A stretch of 64,000 nucleotides of DNA from Phoronis australis (taxonomy: Eukaryota > Animalia > Phoronida): the NCBI GenBank assembly GCA_002633005.1, contig NMRA01000025.1, forward strand, positions 385,450-449,449, in the 5' to 3' direction. The position numbers and the translations under genes are program-made. The stretch's first letter is position 1; each line of letters opens with the position of its first letter. This document shows, piece after piece, positions 47,653 to 60,804 of the stretch. Under the pieces are notes generated by a model. It worked only from the letters and a program-made list of their open reading frames with translations. It made no database searches and had not been told where the DNA came from.

Positions 47653-47942
47653 ATCACTTTAACACTCAGTGCAGTAACGAAACTCTACACGAAAACGTTT
47701 GGTACCAGCTAGCTTGGACTTGGGATTACCCGACGAAGACTAGCAATCTGTACGTAAATGGTTCTTTGGTTTCAACGGAGGTGTCTACAATCAACGAAGG
47801 CATTGCCTCAAACAAGTCGCCATGGAATATTGCTGGAAGTATCAGTAATAGAGAACAGTACTTTAAAGGTTTCCTCAAGAATCTGTTTTTTACCTTGGAA
47901 ATAATTACGCCCGAGGAGTCTACAATTCTTCTTTCCCAATAA
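47653..47942 (+). CDS. PAN-LamG gene, last exon (second half of domain 3, TAA stop)
   Basis: tttgtag acceptor, phase 1. WYQLAWTWD...LYVNG...FKGFLKN. Confidence 0.85.
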
Positions 47943-48105
47943 TTCACAGCTGAATCAAACTTTTAACGTTCACCAGACACAGTAATGAGAAACGCTGTTG
48001 TGACATGTATTGTCGAAGTCAACCCATATTGTAGCTTGGATTACAATATGCATACATGCTACGTGCGACAATTCATGCTGTCACTATCTACAAATATTGT
48101 TGCCG

Positions 48106-51100
48106 TAGTCTAGGTGCCAAAAAGTTGACTTTGCAATGTTGTTTACTGTAAAGTTTTCTTTTGGAAATTTATTATTCGTTGCTAGGAGAACAAAATTAAC
48201 TTGGTTGCACTATGTGCAACTTTGAGCATTTTTTATAATTCAAGATGGCGGCATCTTGAATTTCGCCTAATTTCCACACTCTGAACATGAAACCCTGTAG
48301 GATCCTGCAATTTATGGTTTCTAATGTTTTTTGGGACGGAGAGTCCATTTTTGATATTGTTTATGGATGCAAGGTCAAAGTCAAGGTCAAATGAAACAAG
48401 GAAAATTCATCTCTTTTGCGCAACGAAATGTTAAATTTATGGGTAATGCGGAATTATCATTTCTGTGATTCTATTATATAAAGAATAAGGGATAGCTAAA
48501 TACTGAAGTAAGATATTCTCCCAACATCTCAATAACTAGTATAAAATATTGTTGTACCAGACCTAGGCATGCCGCTTAGGAAGTCCTTCGCACTGATCAC
48601 CTTGGACCATCTTTATGCTTTATTAGTTGATACAGGGCTAAATATCTAGGGACTTGACTCAGGCGACCATAAGTTTGCCCCGAGTGACTCGAGAACACAA
48701 CCTTTCGTAGAGGAAGGACACTAAGCCACACTTCCTCCTCATATAGTGAATAGAGGTATGTGTATAGATTACGCGTAATCCGTGCAGGTTACATATACGT
48801 AAACTAGGATGGGCACTGTTACTAATCCAGGGAAAACTCATAAACTATTACTTGTGGAACTTATTATAAAAAATAAAGTTCCCAACTTTGCAAAGCCGCC
48901 TGTCTTCTTCTACTCAGGATTGATGACTAACTGGTTCTCGAGAAAATTTCACCACCCCATGCGTCGATGTTCATGGAGAACAGTTTCAAGGTTACTGGAC
49001 CACGAGTCAGTGACTGCGATAAGTTCAATTTGACTCCTCCGTGTCTACTCAGAGGAGGGTTATTGGCGTCTCTGACAGCTCGTTCAAACCAAGAACGTTT
49101 CTTTGCCCAGTACCCTCACGTCTTGTGACCTCTCATGTTGGCGGCACTTGTCCGAAATACTACCATTCCACTTGTCCATTTGAGTCTTGACGTCTACTGG
49201 CATATTAGACGTCCCATAAATCAAGAGTTCGGAGACGTCAGTGTTGTCACAAGTGATTATGATGATGTGGGTGCCTTCTTCCATCACTTTCAACATTTAC
49301 CAATACAACGTCTGCTTCACGATGTGTAATTACACAGTGGCTCTCCTTGACTCACTCGATGTTGGAACAGAAGGGAATAGCTTCATGCACATAAAAGGTT
49401 GTTTAACATAGCGTTTTTAATTATAGAATAGTTTAGCGGCAAAAGGGATGTTTAGGAACAGGGGTTAGCATGAGTTCCTCAACTTTTCCTCATGTTATCG
49501 CCTCATGGTCCTTTGTGTAGGCATCTTCGAGGTCATATTTTTCAGCAAAGCGAATAATTGTTTCACAAACGAGAGGATAGGTGGCTAGTAGAGTGTCGGG
49601 GCTTTACCCAAATCTCCAACCAACACCACCTTCGGAGCAGAATTATCTGGGGCATAATGCGATCGAAGAGATTTGACCAAAATGACTTTGTCACCCTTCC
49701 TCAGACTGCCGTATTTGCCGATCTGGGCTATAGGGAGTGGACTCAATAAGTACATACTGAAAGATATCAGCTATTTTAATGTTACAGTGCTGTCTTACGA
49801 CAAACAGGCAACGGAACAGCGTCTCAATACCATGTCCTTCCCTCGACAGTACAGACTTCTTCAGCAATTCCAGCATTTTGACTTTTTTCTTAATTGCTTT
49901 GTAACATTCACTGCTTACCAAAACTAAAAATCTGACTGCTCTGTTCATGCCCAGTGGTCAGCCTGTATTTCTGGAATTTACTCGGCGATTGCAGAAGTTA
50001 TGGTAATATGACAGCTGGTCAGTGAACGGGTGTTTGTACTTCTCTATCTCCTCTGCAATCTTTCTCTAGTCATCCTCCTCCAGGTCCGCTACTCCCTTCT
50101 TGTACTTAGTCTTTTTCCTGTCGTCCACTACGTGACTTTTGCTCTTCACCACCTTCATTCCACATAACTTATGTTCTCCATGGTAGGATCAAGGTGCGCA
50201 CACCCACTGAAACTCTTTAACCACATGACCACTTAATTGGTCGGCTCTCATTAAAATACTCCTTATAACCCCAGAAACTTTTACTCCTTTGATATACGGT
50301 AAGCCTGTTCTTAGAATAGGTCAACAGGTACTACAGTCTTGTCATCCACGTGTGCAGCTTCGAGTGGAACTTTTTGACTTTATTGGACAGGTGTTCTACC
50401 CACAGCAAACTTCAAAATAAACTTCGAAAGAACTCTGTCACGCTGCTAAACTTGGTATAAACTTCTTGCCAGAAATGTTTGGCACCTTAGTTGAATGCTT
50501 ATCGCACTTTTGTCGAAGTTTTCTCGTAGTTTAGGTTGACGTTATTGCGCTTAGTCGTTTATTGTTTATTTATGAATGAAGTTACGTGCAAATTGTGAAA
50601 GTTAAGACAACGTACATGGAGGCGCTATTGTATTCTAGGCCAAAATAATTTCCACGTCGTTTCATTTATTTTGAAGACTGCTACACCAGCGCACAATTAT
50701 GGTGACCTGCTACGAAGAAACAAGTCTCCTTAAGACAGGGTCGTTGAAGGACCATCTTTAGGTAAACCACCAGCTCTTCATAAGACGTGGCCCCATTTGA
50801 GTAGACATGGAGTTACATCATGGCTGTGATAAGATTGTAAACCTACAGAGCATCGGTTCTAACCCTACCGTTGACCACGGGAGTGTAACAGGTTAATACT
50901 CCGATGGCCCATGCCACCACTCCGAAAAAAACAGCTACTTCGAACGTCGTGTACTAAGAAAAAACACCGTTACTACGACTTTTTACTCGATCTTCCTAAG
51001 TTTTCTCAAAATTTCACTAATGGTTTATTAATTTGTTACTAACTAACAAAATACCCAAACAAAAATAAATTTGGACATTGAAGTCCAATGACATTTCTGC

Positions 51101-51681
51101 CATTATTACTGTCTTTGTAGTTAACAACTCTTGTATCATATCTTCTTTGAAGTTCACTTGATCGAGAGAAAATGTATCATATTACATGCGCGCACCCAAG
51201 GGGGTGGCTCGGAGAGCTCGAACGAGCCCCCCATTTGGCGAAGTGGGCAAAAACGTTCGCCTCAAAACCACAAAAAATCTGAGAAAACGAGACAAAAGTC
51301 CACTAAAAAGGCGCGAATGCACAATTCATGGCCCAGAACGTGATATCCCGTTTTTAGTCCCATGTTTTTTTGTTTGTAAAAGGTCCATATTGCCAAAAAT
51401 TCGAGCACTCCATATTTTAGACTGGGTGCGCGCATGTATTAGGTTATAAAATAAAACAAATGCGTTCAATGTATTACAGAACTCTGTTAGTCATCAAGTT
51501 GAAAAAGCCAAAATTGGTGGAATCCGCCATCTTCAATTGTAAAAAATGCTCAAAGTTGCACTAAGCGCAACCAAGCTAATTTTGTTCTCCTGATCATATT
51601 TAATATATTTCAACAAAAAACTATACAGTAATCAACATTGCAGCGTTCACTATGGGAGCTACTGGGCTGGCAACTAGACTA
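48106..51681 (-). mobile_element. Academ-like DNA transposon remnant
   Basis: ~150-bp TIRs starting TAGTCTAG(G/T)TGCCA, flanks ccg/cag. Decayed minus-strand coding with a DNTDVSELL motif resembling the DTDV motif of the Academ XPG-like domain. Confidence 0.6.
51185..51436. mobile_element. MITE nested in the Academ-like element
   Basis: TIR CATGCGCGCACCCA / TGGGTGCGCGCATG, flanked by tatta on both sides. A related end occurs at 39938. Confidence 0.75.
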
Positions 51682-54600
51682 CAGTCCAAATCCACGTGTT
51701 GGAACGTGCGACCGTAGTATGCACATATGTGTTGCGGTGAACACCGTCACGTATTGTGCACCACAGTTAATTGGTAGCCTTATTACCAGATTTTTTGACA
51801 CACTGGCGGATCCAGAGTTAAAGGCGAGCCCATGGAATTCTAAGGATTCTCAAAACGGAATTGTAGCGATTAGAACGGGGGAAGGTCCGGGAGGGAATTG
51901 GTGATGATGATAATCACGCCTCGTTGGTTGGGTCGTTGATTTTCCAAACAGGAACGTTGGGAATTCTAAAGACGTGCTTTACTCTTTACAGATTTCAATA
52001 GCACCCTATAACTAAACTCCAAATCCGCATTCTGACCCTCTCTTTCAACTACCCTGAGAGCTAGTCCCTAGTCGAAGTTTGGATGTGTCCATGCCTTCAC
52101 TCACAGTCTCGTATCCCAACATGCACAAAGCCATGCAGTTTCACTAAAGGTAGAATGATGCTTTAAGGGAGGCGATAATATGTGCCATCATTATGTGATA
52201 AAATATATTGTTGCTCTTCGAATAGTCTTCCGCGCGAAAATATGCGTTAAGTGCCACAATATGTGTAAGAAAAACGTTGTGTAATTGATGTTTGTGTAAA
52301 ATATACGTACATGTATGTTGAGGCTAGTTTGCAGTTGAACAAGAGACGAGAGCATGGTCGCAAATGGATATTTTGAGTAAGAACGAACAGACACCTCGAA
52401 AGCCTGTGTGCCGACGACAACACCAACCAATGTGCATGTACACTTTGGGACATGACGATTCACCGGTGACGCTGCCTTGCCAAAAAAATTTGGGAGAGAT
52501 AAAGTTCGCTTGCTTACAATGTTAACTCCAGGATGCTTTGATTACAACGAACCTTAGTAGTTTCAGAATGTTTTAGAATGGTTCTGAGATCTTGTTTTGC
52601 AATTAGACTGAAATTAGTAGATGATTGTTGCAAACTCTACAACACTTGACATCATGTGAACGTGGAAAGAAAAAATGAAGCAGTCGACGAGTCGGGGTCC
52701 AGGAGAAAGGAGACTTGAATAGATTTCATATGACCAAATGTGACAATCTGACCAGTGAATCGGACATTGCAAAAGTCACCATGAAAGGGTGAATTTCCAA
52801 ATAAATTCCACACAAAATATTAACTTTATGGTTGGAACCATTTTAGCATCAAAACCACTAAAGGTTTCATATGCAACTGAGGTTTGTTGTTTTAAAAAGA
52901 ATACATCACAGAGACTTTTTTCTTGAAATTCAATTCCCTGTAAATAATAACTTTGCATAATTATGTTACCACAACAGTTGACTCTTCCATCGAGGCTCTC
53001 ATCAAAATGGGTCAGTTTTAATCACTGTGCCAACTCAAAAAAGGGTGAGGTTTTATCTTGCTGACTATACAAAAGAGTGTGTATAATCTTAAATTCACAG
53101 CAACAAATACCCTCCGAAACAATTGAATACTCCGTACAACTGTAGGATGGAAGTCAGAGGCACTGCTGTCAGTCATTATAAAACTATTGCTAGACTGGTT
53201 AATGTTTGTGTGTTTAGGATCATTGACTGTATCTTTATGCTCCTAATTTCTGTGCGTAGTGGTAGTGACAAGTGTGCCAGTGTATTATACATTACAATGA
53301 CAATGTCAATGTCATGAATAGCAGTATTTCAGTATGTGCTTATCTGACGTCGCAGTGACTAACGAGAAACTCGCAAGTGAGCTATTCAACCTTCACGGTA
53401 ATCACGGGAGCTTACATAACGTACATGAACATGTTAACATACGAGAGGGTGTGCTCTGAAAAGATCGAGGCAATCTCCCGTGGCCGCGACGCACTCAGCT
53501 ACTCCTTTCCCGCTATTCGGTGATATAATGTGCCTAAAATGACTGTTGTTGTGGAGGGCCTAATCAGCTAATGGCTATCTCTTCCACAAATTATTTCGTA
53601 AATAATCACATCACTTCAGAATTCAGCACAGTATACAAGATAATAACTATCATTAAATGTTTCGTATACGTTACTGGTGATGTATTCCTTGACTCGTTAG
53701 CTTTGAAATGCGGGAGTTGGACGAGAACAGAGAGCTGTAAATCCATCGACATTCCCTTACTGGAAGTCGCCATGTTGGTGAACTAATTAATTTGACCTAT
53801 TATTCAACTGACCAATAGAATGCCTTGTTTCTTGAAATCGCAACAGCCAATGATGTTCCAAGAATGCATATGGAAAAGTGCGCTGTAGCAGACCCCAACC
53901 AACCTCGAGGGTCTGTGCAGGAGACTAGTTTCTTTGACGTACGGCTACTTCCTGTGAGACTTTAAGTGGTCACGTGGTACTAGCTGATATTTTCATTAGC
54001 AACCATGATCCGATCAAATGCTTTTGATGTCCCATAGTATAAGATTACGTCATGTTTCTTCGTCTGAAAATATTTGATGTGGTTACATGTGGACAAATGT
54101 GTGGCAGGTTATCAGTAAAAAATTACATGCTAGTGTTGGCTCACGGAGTAAATGGAAGGTGAATTACTTTTGCCCCACCTTCATTTGCAGCGCCCTCATG
54201 TAGTGACAGTGACGCTGCAAATGACAACACGCTGGCAGCAGTAATCTCTTATATGCACATACCCGAGGTAGTCTTCCGATCAGAACAATTTAGGAGTCTT
54301 GAACGTTTATAACGGACAGTAGAATGGCACCCTGCTGGGCCAGAATGGCGTTGAGTGGGGCACAATCAATATTCAATGGGTCCCAATCGGCGTGGAGAAA
54401 AGGTACAAACCCAGAAATCAACTTCAGCTTCTTTCAAGCGTAATGCCGATCAGCTTCGCGTCCATGTTCAATGCGAGGTTTTGCAACCGGTGTAAAACCT
54501 TAAAGAGGAAAGACTCACTAAGAGAATTTTCGCGTAATCATAGAGTGAGGGAATGATGGGTGACAGATATTAATGTATATTTACTAGTCTTGACTGTGGT

Positions 54601-54879
54601 GATGATTTTGATTGGTTTTTGCCCATTGATCTGAACTTTGAACTACAAAAATTACATAAAAGAGAATGTTATAGATGGTGCTACATTTTATATAAAACAG
54701 TTTACGAAACAGAACTTTAAATATTTCTCGTTTCAAACGTTCTTTCATTGCTCAGTTTAGAATTGGCATATTACGACTTATGACAGAAGTAGGGGGATTT
54801 AAGTGTTTAACAATCGACGAGCGTACATAATCTTTGTGAAATATCTGAGTAGACGATGGATTCTATTTTTATACGTTCA

Positions 54880-56432
54880 TATTTATATTTGGGTGCATAT
54901 TGCAGTCATCTGTGCCTGGGAGTCCAGCGTCCGTCGTCCGGCGTCCGCAGTTGTATCTCCTAAACCCTCACAAGATCTTGATGGCATTTAGCATATGTGT
55001 TTCTGTGAAGCTGACGACGGACGACGGCGGATTTTGGACCTCTCCAACCACCTCCTCAACTGATTTTCGTAAAATGTGACAGTTAGGCATCTATTACGTG
55101 AGATGACGCCATCCTCCCGTTTTCGGGTGGATTCGATGTACCTGGTGGCTCTTTTACTGTCTTGAGTGTGTGTTTGGGGTCCACTCTTCTATCAACCAAA
55201 CCGCTCTAGGGATGATTGAGAAAATTGTAACAGTTCTTACTGTAGAGGGATGTTGACGATGATTTTCCAGCGTCTTCGACCACTGTGGGGACTCCTGGTG
55301 GCAGCTTTGTTTGTTTTTGCGCTCAAGGCTGTATCTCCTTAACGTTCTACAGGATCTTTATTAAATTTTGCTCGTGTATTTATATGAAGTTAAGAACGGT
55401 CGACGACTTTCGGACGGATCGAACTTCCGGTGTTTCCCCTAGTCGCAATTTTATTTTTTTTACGTTTACCTCTTTATCTTCAAAGGTCCTCAAAGGATTT
55501 TCATAAAATTTAGTAGACTGGCATCTATTAGTGTGGTGACACTATCCTCCGGTTTTCGGTTTGATTCGAGGTATTTTGCGCCACCTAATGGCCATTTTTA
55601 CTGTTTTCGACTCTGTATTGGCCTCTACCCCTCTGTCAAGCAAAACCTGTTTAAGGATGGTTGTGGAAATTAGCATATATGTTTCTAATGTGATGAGGAG
55701 GGCTGACCATGATTTTCCTATGACTTCGACTACTGTGGTGCTTCCTAGTGGCAGTTGCCCATGGCTGTATCTACCAAACCTTATACAGGATCTTTATTAA
55801 ATTTAGCAAGCGTATTTATATGAAGTTGACAACAAACAACGACGACTTTCAGCCGGATCTGACAATTTCTGTGTCCCCTAGTGGCAATTTCATTTTTTCC
55901 GGTTTTCTTCTGTTTCTCTGAAGCTGCTTGACGGATTTTTATGAAGTTTGACATTGTAATGATGGATGATCCTGTTTACGGATGGATTCGTCATATTTCG
56001 CGCCATCTAGTACCCATTGTTATTGTTTTCTAGTCTGTTTCTGGCATCCGCCCCTCTGTCAACCAAACCACTCTAAGAATGATTGTGAAAATTGTCATAT
56101 GTGTTCTTGGTGAGGACCGTTGATGATGATTTTCCGACAACTTCATCAAATGTGGCGCCTCCTAGTGACAGATATGTTTTGTTTTGCGACCACATAGCCT
56201 CCAAGTGGCAATTTCATATTTTTCCGTTTTCCTGGATTTCTCAGAAGTTTTTTGACAGATTTTAATGAATTTGGTAAATAGCTTTGATGACATATAACAG
56301 TTCTCGGATGGACCTGACGCACTTTGCGCCATCTAGTGGTCATTTTTATGATATAAATAAACACGCCTAGAAGCACACCGTGTGTGCGGTGCATTCGTGG
56401 CACATTTCAACCCTCCTCATTGCTCTTGTATT
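54880..56432 (+). mobile_element. HINE family A, long copy with about 10 internal repeats
   Basis: cgtccgtcgtccggcgtcc tract, repeated cctagtgg cores, and a 3' end gcacacc...tgcattcgtggc...tttcaac...ttgctcttgt matching the 11510 copy. Confidence 0.75.
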
Positions 56433-57752
56433 TTTAGATGTAATCTGTTACAACAGAGATAGATTTATTGAAAAGGTTACTCCGATCAGATATTTTTTTA
56501 TATTTTGGTATTTATTTGAAAGAAGTTTTCGGTGGTAACAATTCTAAACTTACTTTGTTCCACTAAATAAACTTTACACCGTGAGCCCTATATTCTCTAT
56601 TAACACCGGAACGAAGGAATGCAAACAAATCCCAAGCATGTGCTGCGCAACCTCATTCCAACTTCTTGTTCAGTAACGCTAGAACCTCGCTAAGAAGCAA
56701 GACTGCGAGATTTCTTGATATATTGCCGTGTACTTTAGCTAGGTCCTAGCGTAGGTTCTAGCGTACATGTAGGTCCTAGCGTTATTGAACGCACGCCTGG
56801 TCTAGAGTTCAGTTGTCGGAACTAACTGAGACTCGATGTAACATTCAGGAAAGGTTACTGTATTTTTATTATAACACAAAACCTTTCTACGCAGATTCAT
56901 ATCCATTTATGGCAGTGGTTGTGGCCGAGTTGAGATGGCGTTAAAAACACATAAACAGTAAATTTGGAAAACAAAGTATACGATTTTGAGAGAACTGTTG
57001 GCAGCTTCAAAAATGATACAGGTGCAAATCAAAGGCATCCTTTTTAGTAAAGCAATCCCGGGAGGTTGTGCAAAGGAAAATCGAAATGATGAGGTGTTTA
57101 AATGAGTTGTCAATGGACCCATTAAGTTTTAACAGTAAGGAGTAGCGCAGAATAATCAACATAACAAAGGGAGACATTCAATTAACAACGTGCAGAGTGA
57201 CCATGTTCATGTACATGTACACTATATACTTGTGGCCTCTAGAGGAGGAAAGATCGATTTCAAACTTGTCTAGAGATCAACACACCCCGTCTAATTATAA
57301 ACTACTTAAAAGGGTGTTTCAACGAATTCAAACACGTTCTCCTGTGCCACCCGCTGCGAATTGCAGCCGTAAGTGTCACCGACCCCACGTGATCAGCTTC
57401 TCTGCTTACTAAAAATCTGGCATAACATACATGTACATGTAGATGTGTAACAAAGCTTGTATTTCAAACTGTCCAGCTTCAGGCAAGTGCCATGAATCCC
57501 TGAGACCCATTTTCACGAAAGACGTCGCTCTAGTCGGTTGGCGGCAGCGTTGGCTTACGTAGTAAACGACCGAGACCAGTAAGTAGCATGTCGTCCGAAC
57601 GATCAGAGGCCTTACGCAAATTCGCCAGAAACGTGCATGTACAGTAAACGCATGCTGTCCTCTAGGGCGTAAGCCAATTACTGCTGCCGAAACCATACCA
57701 TTAGAGAAATGCTTGTCCGTGTAAGTGTGACGAGGAATTATGATCCATCTTA

Positions 57753-57893
57753 TTACATCCAGGGTATCGTATCTAGGTCAGCATTTCCACCGCATAAAAT
57801 GATTCCAACTTTCTTGATGGATGGGTCTAGTGTCTTCATCTTATCAGACAGAAGTCCAGCGACAGATACGGCAGCCGATACCTCAATAACCAA
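57753..57893 (-). CDS. SRR: Serine/aspartate racemase-family PLP enzyme, last exon (LVIEVSAAVSVAGLLSDKMKTLDPSIKKVGIILCGGNADLDTIPWM*)
   Basis: ttgtttcag acceptor, 141 nt to TAA. Aligns with the human SRR C-terminus (LLIEPTAGVGVAAVLS...VKNICIVLSGGNVDL...W). Not in the ORF track. Confidence 0.85.
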   Translation of the reverse strand: MVIEVSAAVSVAGLLSDKMKTLDPSIKKVGIILCGGNADLDTIPWM

Positions 57894-59195
57894 CTGAAAC
57901 AAGGATGTGAAACACGGATAGGAACGCAATTGATGGCCACGGCTAGCTGCAAAGAAAGTTATTTTGCCATCAAAAATGGACGTGTGGTAACTTGAAAAAT
58001 AACAAGCGTCACGCCGTTACATCCCTATTGTAAGCTTAGTCTGCTAACTAGTTTAGGCCATCATCACGGCCTGTCTACTCCAGCTCTCCAAAACATTACT
58101 AAACGTTAAGTAAAAGCGAGTCCACCATTATATGCTTCAGAATGCGAACACTCCAAACGGAATGTGGTTCTGTTGGCAAGCACAATAAAAGTACTTGTAG
58201 TAAAGTAATCATTTCCGCTTAGCTGATGAAATTACAAACCGAATACAATTCCAAACCAGCTTTGTCAAACTTATCACCGTAGACGTCCATTAGCATGAAC
58301 GTATAGTTTCAAATGTGCAGATTATTGTATAGAATTTTTTGAGAAGTTTGATTGTTTTCAGGCGGTGCACCAAAAAATGGCCCCCGCAATCGGTTCGGAG
58401 ACACTGGGTATGGGTTCTAACATATGTGCTCAAAATTAATTTTGATAATATTTTGACATATTCCGTCAAAATAAGTGTTTATTACTCTATACTCTAGTAT
58501 ATTTTGTCTACGCAGACCAGTTTCCAGTCCTAGATTCGAGCTAAAAACTCGAGTAAAACATGAGATTGCGAGTAAAAATTCGAAATTTCGAGTTTGACAG
58601 TCATCTACATGTACATGTACGTAAAGCACAGTACACAACTACAGACACTTAGGCCTATCTTGTGCTTGTACACGCATTAAATTAGTAGAAAACGTCAAAA
58701 ATAATTTCAAGTACAGAGATTACTAGACCATGGGCCCCGGTTTTTAATTTTTATAAAAACTGGAGAAACTGGTGGCAAAGAACAATAGTCTACATGTAGG
58801 ACTGTAATTTTTTAATTGTCACTACTGAGTAGTATACAAGTGATTGGTTGATAGGATACATTACGTACATGTATGTTTCAAACAGTATATGGATGTGCCT
58901 CGAATTTTCTGCGTGCGTAAATGTCCGTCAGCCCGCCTTTGACTACCATCACATTGACGTCACTGGTAGTACATGTGTGGCCTGGGAGGTTGAAATGTTC
59001 CCCAATAGAAACCGCCTTATTATTGAGAAGGATCGTCTGCCTAGCCGTTCATTGTTTTCCTTTGTTACGTCTTTGAGGGATATAACAATACAGGTCGGGA
59101 TACCGTACCTGTACCTTGGGCGGTCTTTAGCAGGTTATCAATAAATGCTAATTTGTGACCTAGTTGCCCGTAGGACTGAGTGACAGCGAGCTTAC

Positions 59196-59246
59196 CTTGA
59201 GTTCAGAGAATACAGTTTTCATCGCATCTACAATCTGTTTGTCGTC
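59196..59246 (-). CDS. SRR: Racemase-family gene, penultimate exon (DDKQIVDAMKTVFSELK); upstream exons not found in the window
   Basis: cttccag acceptor, gtaagc donor, 51 nt, phase 0-0. Corresponds to human EDEIKCATQLVWERMK. Confidence 0.8.
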
Positions 59247-60096
59247 CTGGAAGTGCAATGGTAATAGAAATTGAACTATGATTGGTTGTACAGATTGTGT
59301 TATTATTCAAAATTATATTACATTAGAATTGGCAGTTTTCTCATTGACGAATTAAATAGAAAATCATATTGTACATTGGGAGAAAAAATACAGCTTCGCC
59401 GGCATGACGGCTAGTTCCGTTCACAGCAAAAATGGCTGGTTATAACCATTACGCGAAAAAAATCTCATTACATAATGACTTAGTCAGCTTACTAAATTTT
59501 AAATTGGTTACCAGTCACTGAAATTTGCCTTACATCATACATGTACAGTGCCCTAGCCAGTTGTAGACTTTGTGAATGATAGTTTGAAATTGGTACATTT
59601 TCTCAACCACAGTCTAGTCCTTCTTAACAAATATGGAATGTCTGGCCTGGTCTTCCTATTCCCCCCAAGCAAACACCTATGACTAAACTTGCGTTCTGAG
59701 GAGCCAATGTTGCCTAATGGTATACATGTCCGTTTCCTTTACTCAAGGTCGTGCGCTCGCGTCCCACTAGGCCACCCTACCTAGTTCCTTGAAGAAGGCC
59801 TCAGCTTTGTTTTGACTATAAGGAAGCATAAAATGGTTCCAGGTGTTCAGTGCAAAGGGCACACCTGAGCGGCCTGCGTCCCGGCCGTCTGGTACGCCGT
59901 GTACTGGGCCGCCTGCAATTGTTCAGTTTAAACATGCATTCAGACTTACGCAAACTATGGTTATTTGGCGGCAATGCCTGTATCAGCTAAATCCCGAGGT
60001 ACCTCCAACGTTTTTTGTTAATTATGTCGTCGGAAAGAAAACCCTAGAATTTATCATACCAAGGCGTCAATATTGGGTATCGGACAAAGGGGTTAT

Positions 60097-60257
60097 CAGG
60101 CGCGGATCCAGGATTTTGAGTTAATGGAGGCCAGGGCAGAGTATTAGCCAGGATTTTGCCCGTCAGACATTCGCACCCCCGTTACTGCCAAATGGAATAT
60201 GGGAGAATTTTAGGGGGGCCATGGCCCCCTATTGGACCCCCCTTACATCCGCCACTG
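60097..60257. mobile_element. Short MITE (caggcgcggatcc...atccgccactg)
   Basis: Imperfect terminal inverted repeats and an internal gggggccatggccccc palindrome. Confidence 0.5.
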
Positions 60258-60790
60258 GTTATAATTACATATGAAACTCGGGTTGACACCGACGCAGTCA
60301 AACGCACATCTACGACCAGTTGTTATAACTTCGCGGAAACGATTGAAAAATAAATGCTTTTCTTTTACTTCAGCATGGGCGGCGAACCACAAGGGGGTAG
60401 GGCGCTATACCCCCATTTTTTCAGTGCTGCGCCGACCATGGTCCGTAGGCGGTGCCCAACATGGGGAATGGGGATGCTTTAGCCCTCCCCCCACTTTTTT
60501 CAGTGATGCTCCGCCCATGCCCAGTTCAAACAACAAGCCGTGATTTTCGCAATTTACCTATCGCCAGGATTTTGAGTGACGGCTTAACTGACAATTCAGA
60601 ACTTAGCATTAATGACTCACCTTCGTTTCCAAGCCGCCACTTTACCCAACAAACAACACGTTGCCGGGTACAACTTATTGTTTGTTAGTCGACATTACGC
60701 AAGGGGGCGGAGCTTGCGATAGGTCAATTCACAGTCACCGTGCTTAAACAGAACAGCGACAAGAACTTACAACGGTAAAGACGTCTTTCT

Positions 60791-60804
60791 CCACCAGGGG
60801 GCAC
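60791..60804 (+). promoter_or_regulatory. Isolated CTCF consensus match
   Basis: CCACCAGGGGGCAC fits CCASYAGRKGGCRS fully. Binding is not shown. Confidence 0.35.
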
